Assembly: GCA_014729775.1 (NCBI GenBank)
Contig: WJJJ01000013.1
Location: 2,947 to 66,946, forward strand
Length of the DNA stretch: 64,000 bases
DNA from: Candidatus Omnitrophota bacterium
GTDB taxonomy: Bacteria; Omnitrophota; Gorgyraeia; Duberdicusellales; 4484-171
Direction: 5' to 3'
How positions within the stretch are numbered: the stretch's first letter is position 1; every line of letters starts with the position of its first letter. The translations under genes were made by a program, and so were the position numbers. The notes under the pieces are model-generated. The model did not search any database. It saw nothing but the letters and a program-made list of their open reading frames with translations, and was not told the DNA's origin. Shown piece after piece: positions 57,661 to 64,000 of the stretch.

Positions 57661-58312
57661 ATGGTTTCTGGCGGAAGCGCTGCGGGCCGCCCGGGAAGCG
57701 GGTGCGGATACTGAATCAGTACGATTGAGCCGGTACAGGCTCAAACCGTGCTTATCGTGTGATCTGTGTTTTTGCGGCAGGAAGTGTCCGTTATTTGATG
57801 ATCCCGAAGACGACGGAGGGGTTCTGTTCGAGAAATTCTTCTCGGCCGATGCCTTGATTTTTTCCTCGCCCGTGTACTCTTACCAGCAGCCGGCGCAGGT
57901 GATCAACTTAATCCAGCGGTCCCGCGTGTTTCATGAGATTGCGCGCGGGCGGCGAATGGGACTGCGCAGTATTAAGATGAACGGGAACCCGTACGCGGGC
58001 AAGCCGGTCGGAAATCTGGCGGTGTCGGCGACCATCGGGCAGGAAACCGCGCTCGCCGGTATTCTGCATAATCTGAGAGGACTTGGTGCCGCCCCGGTGG
58101 CCTGCGCGGGGATCTCGCTCATGGAGCCGGTGATCAAAGACATGTACAGAGCCGCTGACCGCGAGGCGCTTCAGAATGTCGCGGGAACGAGTCCGGATGG
58201 GTTTGAAGAAAACGGTGCCGCGCGTGACATGGCCCGGGCAGTCGGGCAGTATGTATGCACGGTGCATGCGTCAAAGATGTTCCAGAAAATAAAACACCAC
58301 ATTAAACTGTGA
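57605..58312 (+). CDS. Iron-sulfur flavoprotein / NADPH-dependent FMN reductase family
   Basis: KVLGICG, CLSCDLC....KC...D, ADALIFSSPVY. Confidence 0.85.
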   Translation: MKVLGICGTNKKEEKSASEWFLAEALRAAREAGADTESVRLSRYRLKPCLSCDLCFCGRKCPLFDDPEDDGGVLFEKFFSADALIFSSPVYSYQQPAQVINLIQRSRVFHEIARGRRMGLRSIKMNGNPYAGKPVGNLAVSATIGQETALAGILHNLRGLGAAPVACAGISLMEPVIKDMYRAADREALQNVAGTSPDGFEENGAARDMARAVGQYVCTVHASKMFQKIKHHIKL

Positions 58313-58350
58313 ATAGGTATCGAAACCGGCAACGTGAGAGGAGCGGGAGA

Positions 58351-58980
58351 GTGAAGCGTCTTCTGGCGGGCGGCGGTGTGGTTCTGCTGGCGATTTTCGT
58401 GCAAAGCGGGACGGCCGGGCATGTTTCGGCTGAGGAAGGGCAAAAAAGGGTGCTGGTCGTCTATTATTCCCGTACCGGATATACGCACAGCGTCGCCCGA
58501 AAGATCGCGGAGAGATTTGACGCCGATCTGGAACGGCTTATTGATACCCGCAAGAGGACGGGACCTTTCGCGGTGGCGGTCGCCGGCAAGGACGCGGTAG
58601 CCGGTAACCGCACGGTGCTTAAGCCTCTGCAGGCTGACCCGGGGGAGTATTCTCTGATTTTGATCGGCACGCCGGCGTGGTTCGGGAACGTCACCCCGGC
58701 CGTACGGACGTTCGTGGCCGAATACGATATTGCGGAGAAAACGGCGGGGCTGTTCGGGACCACTAATTTAACCGGGATTGAGGCGGCACTGGATCAGCTT
58801 GCCGGACTGATCGCGCCGGAAGACTCTCCGGAACAGGCCCGGGAATATCCCCGTTTACCCTTGCGGCAGAAAGACCTGAAAGAAGAAATCCTGGACGGGA
58901 AAATTGATGCGTTTTATCAGGAAGTGATGAATTCCTCCCAAGATAATCCGTTGTCTTCCCCGACTCCCACAACACAGTAA
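58351..58980 (+). CDS. Flavodoxin-like protein with signal peptide
   Basis: VVYYSRTGYT..VA..IA, LIGTPAW, TPAVRTF; start 58351 or 58309. Confidence 0.82.
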   Translation: MKRLLAGGGVVLLAIFVQSGTAGHVSAEEGQKRVLVVYYSRTGYTHSVARKIAERFDADLERLIDTRKRTGPFAVAVAGKDAVAGNRTVLKPLQADPGEYSLILIGTPAWFGNVTPAVRTFVAEYDIAEKTAGLFGTTNLTGIEAALDQLAGLIAPEDSPEQAREYPRLPLRQKDLKEEILDGKIDAFYQEVMNSSQDNPLSSPTPTTQ

Positions 58981-58992
58981 AGGACTCAACAC

Positions 58993-59499
58993 ATGGGAAA
59001 AAAACGTATCTATGAGGGCAAAATAGTCAATTTATCGGTCGAGTCCCGGACACTGCCTACCGGCGTGGATACTACTCTTGAAATCATCCGCCATCCGGGA
59101 GCGGTGTTGATCATTCCTTATGCGGGCCCAGGCGCGGTGCTCATGCTGCGTCAGTACCGGCCGGTCGTGGAGGAGTATCTGTGGGAATTTCCCGCGGGTA
59201 CGCTGGACCCCGGAGAATCCATACGTGAGTGCGCCCGCCGCGAACTGCGGGAAGAAACAGGCTATTCGGCCCGCCGGTTCAAAAAATGCGGCGTGATTTA
59301 CCCGGCGCCGGGATATTCAAACGAAACGATCGTGCTTTACGAAGCCCGTGAGTTACGTATGGGCCTCCCGGATCGGGAGGAGGACGAAATAATCGAGGTG
59401 CGTGAACTGACCCTTCCCCGGGTCATGTCTCTCTGCAGTAACGGTAAGATAAAAGACGCCAAAACCCTGAGCGCATTGCAGTATTTGCGGTCCGGGTAG
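58993..59499 (+). CDS. NUDIX hydrolase (ADP-ribose pyrophosphatase-like)
   Basis: HPGAV, RQYR, EFPAGTLDPGE...CARRELREETGY, IKDAKT. Confidence 0.92.
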   Translation: MGKKRIYEGKIVNLSVESRTLPTGVDTTLEIIRHPGAVLIIPYAGPGAVLMLRQYRPVVEEYLWEFPAGTLDPGESIRECARRELREETGYSARRFKKCGVIYPAPGYSNETIVLYEARELRMGLPDREEDEIIEVRELTLPRVMSLCSNGKIKDAKTLSALQYLRSG

Positions 59500-59572
59500 C
59501 GGTCCGGCGGCGCGAGGAAGTGCCCGAAAAAGAATTGTTGTTTCCTGGCCGATATTCCGTTAAGATATCCAC

Positions 59573-60433
59573 ATGACCAAATCCCCGTCCCAGAAAAAAG
59601 GACTCATTCAGTGGCACCGATTCCGTATTCCTTACCGGGTATACGGAAATGGGGAGGATGTGCTGTGTCTCAACGGCGCCCAGCAGTCGATGGCCATGTG
59701 GTTTTCCTTCCTGCAGCGGTTCGGGCAACGCTATCGGATCACCCTGTTTGATTTTCCGCATCAGGGCAAGGCACAGATCCTTCACGGTCCCTCGCGAATA
59801 TCTTTGGAGGAACAAGTGGCCATTGTACGTGAGGTGATGCGCGCCGCCGGTATCCGGCAGGCGACGGTGTGTTCTGCATCCTGGGGGGGAGTAGTCGCGT
59901 TGCTGTTCGCGCTCCGGTTTCCCGCATTGACGCAGCGATTGATCCTTGCCAGTATCGGAATGAAACCGAACGAACGCATGAGGCGGACGATTATGCAGGG
60001 GGTCACGATGGAAAAAGAGGAACGGGTTTCCATGGCCGAAACGCTCATCGCCAGTTTCGGGTCCTGTCTCTCGGAGAAATTCAAAAAGCAGATCACCCGG
60101 CAGTTTGAATCCATGTCGGCCGAGCGGCTGGGAGAATTCTGCGAGCACGGTCTTTCGGTAATCAATGCCGGCGCGCTCGATAAAGTCGTTGCGCTGCATG
60201 AAGTGAGCGTTCCCACTCTTGTGCTGTACGGAGAAAATGATCCGATCATTGATTTTGAAGACGTGGAACTGCTTGCGTTAAAAATAGGGGGGTGCGGAGT
60301 ATACCGTATTCCTGGCGTGGGCCATTTTCTGCATCTGGAAGATGAAAAAGTATTTGATGTGTACGCCGCAATCCTTTCCGGCGGTGAAGTATACCATTCT
60401 TCTTCCCGGAAGATCTGTCCGCTTTATTTCTGA
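59573..60433 (+). CDS. Alpha/beta hydrolase, RhlA/PhaG-like
   Basis: LNGA, LFDFP..G, SASWGG, GEND, GHFLHLE. Confidence 0.8.
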   Translation: MTKSPSQKKGLIQWHRFRIPYRVYGNGEDVLCLNGAQQSMAMWFSFLQRFGQRYRITLFDFPHQGKAQILHGPSRISLEEQVAIVREVMRAAGIRQATVCSASWGGVVALLFALRFPALTQRLILASIGMKPNERMRRTIMQGVTMEKEERVSMAETLIASFGSCLSEKFKKQITRQFESMSAERLGEFCEHGLSVINAGALDKVVALHEVSVPTLVLYGENDPIIDFEDVELLALKIGGCGVYRIPGVGHFLHLEDEKVFDVYAAILSGGEVYHSSSRKICPLYF

Positions 60434-60458
60434 TGCGGCTCGTGAAATGATTGTGCCG

Positions 60459-60677
60459 TCAGATTCTGATATCGATGTTGTTGCCCCGGATAGCGCCTCC
60501 CAGCGAATGCAAAATCGGCACGATCGGCTCGATTTTTGCATGAGTTCGCGCGGCTCCGACCCGGTTGACGTTTGACATCGAATCCAGTAGCGTCATCGCG
60601 TTCTGTTTGTGGAGCGCGAGGCCGGTTTTCAGGGCCGACATCTGGCTTACTTGACTCATTAACGCGACACCGTTCAT
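60459..60677 (-). CDS. YjfB-like small protein
   Basis: AAAGGAGG RBS; ALK..L...KQNAMTLLDSM...GNNIDIRI; upstream sigma70-like TTGGCA-N17-TATAGT. Confidence 0.65.
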   Translation of the reverse strand: MNGVALMSQVSQMSALKTGLALHKQNAMTLLDSMSNVNRVGAARTHAKIEPIVPILHSLGGAIRGNNIDIRI

Positions 60678-60906
60678 AGCGCCTCCTTTCGTTTCCGCAG
60701 CGACACTTAGACTATAGCACATTTTGCCCCACGTGCCAACGGGATCGGGCCCGAAAATATTCGGAGGATACCCCGAAAAAAACGATTTTTTGCTTATCAA
60801 ATTGGTCTAATTTGTTATAATAGGAGCTTCGTCTTTCCGCGTGATTCGAAGAAGATCCGTCGGGGAGAAACAGCTTCAAAGCCTCTGAGCCACAAGAGAA
60901 GATCGC

Positions 60907-62301
60907 ATGCGCAGGAAAAATAATCTTATTCAGGGACCGGTGGGAAAGACCCTGGTATCGCTCACAATTCCGATGCTGTTCGGGATGTTTTCGATGGTGT
61001 TGTTTAATTTGGTGGACGCCTTTTTTATCTCGCGTCTGGGGACCCGGGAATTGGCCGCCATTGGATTTACGTTTCCGGTGATCATGTTCGTGAGCGGGAT
61101 CGCGCTCGGTCTGGGGGTCGCGGCAGCTTCAGTCGTTTCACGGGCGATCGGCCGCGGGGAGCAGAAGACAGTGAGACGCCTTGCGACCGACAGCCTCGCG
61201 ATTTCAATCGTGGTGGTGGCAGTATTGGCCTGGGTCGGGTTGCGCACGATTTCCCCGGTGTTCCGCATGCTGGACGCCGATGCGTCCATGCTGGTGCTTA
61301 TCCGGCAGTACATGGAAATTTGGTATATCGGAACGGTATTTGTAGTCGTGCCGATGGTGGGCAATAACGTCCTGCGGGCAAGCGGCGACACGCTGTATCC
61401 GGCGCTGTTGATGATGATTTCGACCGTTCTCAATATCATACTTGATCCCCTGCTTATCTTCGGACTGGCCGGATTTCCCCGAATGGAATTGGCGGGAGCC
61501 GCGCTGGCGACGGTCATCGCCCGGGGGGTGACCTGTGTGTGTTCTCTTGCGATCCTGCATTATCGGGAGCGTCTGCTTGATTTCCGCCTTCCTCGGGCTT
61601 CAGAATTCGCCGCGTCCGTCCGGCAGATTTTATATATCGCGGTTCCTTCTTCTTTTTCCAGAATCCTGCTTCCGGCGGCAACGGCGGTCATTACCCGGCT
61701 GGTGGCCCAATTCGGCGCGCCGGCTGTGGCCGCGCTTGGTGCCGCGGTGCGGGTGGAAATGTTTGTGTTTACCGTCATCATGGCGCTGGCAACCGCGTTG
61801 ATTCCTTTTGTCGGGCAAAACTGGGGCGCGCGCCGTTATGACCGGGTCAACCTGGCACGGCGGTATTCCCGCCGCTTTTCGCTGGGATGGGGGCTCGTGC
61901 TGGCGGTCGTATTATTTTTTTCGGCCGGGCCGGTGGCGCGAATCTTCAGCGCGGATCCCGAGGTTGTAGGCGCGCTTGTCTGGTATCTCAGAATTATTCC
62001 CCTCAGCTACGGAATGCGCTCGCTGGCTCTGCTCACCGCGTCGGTATTTAATGCGGTGAACAAACCGTTGATCGCGGGGGGAATTAATGTCATTCGCATG
62101 TTCGGGCTCTACGTGCCGTTCTCGTATCTGGGCGCGTGGTGGGGCGGATTGCCCGGTCTGTTTGCGGGGCTGTGTCTGGCCAACATTTCCGCCGGGATCA
62201 TTACCGAATGGTGGGGAAGCCGATTGCCTTCGACCGTTCCGGCGCCGGCGTCCTGTCCGGAACACACTCCCGACGATTCCCGTCTGCCGGTATGTGAATA
62301 A
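60907..62301 (+). CDS. MATE family efflux transporter
   Basis: NLVDAFFISRLG, LRASGDT, NIILDPLLIFG, GAALAT, GQNWGA; about 12 TMs. Confidence 0.92.
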   Translation: MRRKNNLIQGPVGKTLVSLTIPMLFGMFSMVLFNLVDAFFISRLGTRELAAIGFTFPVIMFVSGIALGLGVAAASVVSRAIGRGEQKTVRRLATDSLAISIVVVAVLAWVGLRTISPVFRMLDADASMLVLIRQYMEIWYIGTVFVVVPMVGNNVLRASGDTLYPALLMMISTVLNIILDPLLIFGLAGFPRMELAGAALATVIARGVTCVCSLAILHYRERLLDFRLPRASEFAASVRQILYIAVPSSFSRILLPAATAVITRLVAQFGAPAVAALGAAVRVEMFVFTVIMALATALIPFVGQNWGARRYDRVNLARRYSRRFSLGWGLVLAVVLFFSAGPVARIFSADPEVVGALVWYLRIIPLSYGMRSLALLTASVFNAVNKPLIAGGINVIRMFGLYVPFSYLGAWWGGLPGLFAGLCLANISAGIITEWWGSRLPSTVPAPASCPEHTPDDSRLPVCE

Positions 62302-62450
62302 CGGGTTTCCCGTAGAGGGGGATGCGGGAAAAGAAATCCAGGGTATAAACGGTGGGCAGAGCGGCCGATCGATTTCTCCCGCGCAATCGAAAAAAGTTGT
62401 ATTCAGGGGAAGCGCGTGTTATACTTTGCTTTCGTTGAACGGTGGAGCCC

Positions 62451-62810
62451 ATGAGTGTCGAAAAAGCATTAGATCATTTTTTGGGAAGGAACGGGTGCCA
62501 GAGGGTAAATTGCGCTCACGCGCTGGGTAAAGCCTTTCAGGATGAAGCCGGTCTTTCCCCGGATGTGGTCCAGTCGTTCTCGCGTCGTGGTCACGGCCGC
62601 GCGCCGGAGGGGGACTGCGGGGCGTTGTACGCCGGCCGGGTGCTGATCGCTCATTATGATCCGCCGCGGGAAGAAGAATGCGTCAACGTGTTCGTCGGCG
62701 AAGCGGGCGCCCGCCGCTGCAGGGATATTCGTTCTTCCCGTTCTCTCACCTGCGCGCAGTGCGTGGAGGCGGTGGCTCGTTATTGTGCCCGGATCTTTTC
62801 CTCTCCGTAG
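62451..62810 (+). CDS. C-GCAxxG-C-C-like Cys-rich protein
   Basis: NCA, G.CGAL, GARRC..I, CAQCV. Confidence 0.7.
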   Translation: MSVEKALDHFLGRNGCQRVNCAHALGKAFQDEAGLSPDVVQSFSRRGHGRAPEGDCGALYAGRVLIAHYDPPREEECVNVFVGEAGARRCRDIRSSRSLTCAQCVEAVARYCARIFSSP

Positions 62811-63053
62811 AGCGCGTTTTTCTCTGTTTTCCCCCATATCTTTTCTGTGCGTTTCTATTTTTCGCCATACTTCAGGACCGAAAAAGGGAGAAAAAAGTCA
62901 AGGTAAACCGGAAGGAAGGTGTTGCCTGGAAGCAGTGTCTTTGATACACTTTTCGTGTTTTGAGAATGTTGTATCTTGGAAAATGATTTTGTTTCAAGTA
63001 TAATAGCAGATATTGAGCCTGGGGATTTCTCATTGTATCGGATGAGGGAATGC

Positions 63054-64000
63054 ATGATTGAGTACGCGCATAAACGGGTGGTGATTGAGAACCTTACTCC
63101 CGAGGTGAATGAAGGCCGGTATCCGGTCAAACGCACGGTTGGGGAATTGGTAAAGGTCGAGGCCGATGTGTTTGCCGATGGACACGACCATGTGACCGCG
63201 GAACTGCTTTTTCGCCGTGCCGATCAGTCCCGCTGGCGTACGGTATCCATGCGACACTTAGGCAACGACCGCTGGAGGGGAGAGTTCTCGATTGAAGAGG
63301 AATGCGAATATTTATATACCGTCCGGGGGTGGGTTGATCCGTTTCGTTCCTGGCAGAATGATTTGCGCAAGAAGCTGGACGCCGGCGTTGACGTGTCCGT
63401 GGACGCGCTGGCCGGGGTAAAATTAATGAGAGAATCGTACCGGGAGAAAAAAACGAAACGCGCCGTCCGGCTGAAAGCGCTGGCTGATGAAATCGAAGCA
63501 GCGCATACCGACGCCGACCGGATCCGTTTGTTGTGTTTTACCGAGGAACTGACCGCGATAATGAGCCAGCCGGATCCGGCGCGGGTGAGTGAATATCCGC
63601 GGCAGTTGCGGGTCCAGGTAGACCGGGAGAAAGCGCGTTTTTCCGCCTGGTATGAGTTTTTCCCCCGGTCGCGGGGCAGGCGTCGGGGTGCGCACGGTAC
63701 ACTGCGTGAAAGCGAACGGCTTTTGCCGGAAATCGCCCGGATGGGGTTTGATGTAGTCTATCTGCCTCCTGTCCATCCGATCGGCGTCACCAACCGTAAA
63801 GGAAAAAATAACACCGTGAACGCGGAACCGGGGGATCCGGGAAGTCCCTGGGCGATCGGTTCGGCAGAGGGAGGACACACTGCGCTCGCTCCGGAGCTGG
63901 GAGCGATGAAAGATTTCACGCATTTTGTCTCCGCGGCGGGCCGTCACGGACTCGAAGTCGCGCTTGATCTCGCCTTTCAGTGTTCGCCCGACCATCCTTA
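63054..64000 (+). CDS. glgE: Alpha-1,4-glucan:maltose-1-phosphate maltosyltransferase (3' truncated)
   Basis: RVVIENLTPEVNEGRYPVKRTVGE, DVFADGHD, WYEFFPRS, MGFDVVYLPPVHPIG, GSPWAIG, ALDLAFQCSPDHP. Confidence 0.93.
   Translation, partial: MIEYAHKRVVIENLTPEVNEGRYPVKRTVGELVKVEADVFADGHDHVTAELLFRRADQSRWRTVSMRHLGNDRWRGEFSIEEECEYLYTVRGWVDPFRSWQNDLRKKLDAGVDVSVDALAGVKLMRESYREKKTKRAVRLKALADEIEAAHTDADRIRLLCFTEELTAIMSQPDPARVSEYPRQLRVQVDREKARFSAWYEFFPRSRGRRRGAHGTLRESERLLPEIARMGFDVVYLPPVHPIGVTNRKGKNNTVNAEPGDPGSPWAIGSAEGGHTALAPELGAMKDFTHFVSAAGRHGLEVALDLAFQCSPDHP

Noticed and set aside
60711-60740. sigma54 promoter (TTGGCACG) on the minus strand
   Set aside because: No GC at the required GG-N10-GC spacing from TGGCAC; it fits sigma70 TTGGCA-N17-TATAGT.

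Overview
Bacterial chromosomal window with high GC; lipoprotein and beta-barrel genes point to a diderm, and the gene content suggests an anaerobe. No rRNA, tRNA or CRISPR array was recognised. The first ~37 kb is a self-contained PEP-CTERM/exosortase cell-surface island. It holds EPS genes (glycosyltransferases, deacetylases, an acetyltransferase, a tandem ATP-grasp ligase), prsK-prsR, an array of seven PEP-CTERM proteins and a RAYT transposase with REP-like palindromes. It also holds an MMPL-ThiF-LolA-like-beta-barrel operon converging on a PilZ/N-acyl amino acid synthase pair, a priming sugar transferase, a 66-aa peptide with both a lipobox and a PEP-CTERM tail, two TPR lipoproteins, exosortase, EpsI, a second sigma54 two-component system and rpoN. 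Four sigma54 promoters, each preceded by TGT-N11-ACA enhancer sites, can be read directly. The rest of the window carries yqeY, rlpA, glgP, fbaB, a short rpsU missing from the ORF track, an HDOD signalling module and a Fur-boxed metal/Fe-S operon. It also has a eukaryote-type UDP-galactopyranose mutase-like gene between 93-bp direct repeats, flavodoxins, an RhlA/PhaG-like hydrolase, a MATE pump and the start of glgE. The most novel candidates are the doubly anchored micro-lipopeptide and the lipid synthesis/export module inside the exosortase island. All family calls rest on motif recognition by eye, not database searches.
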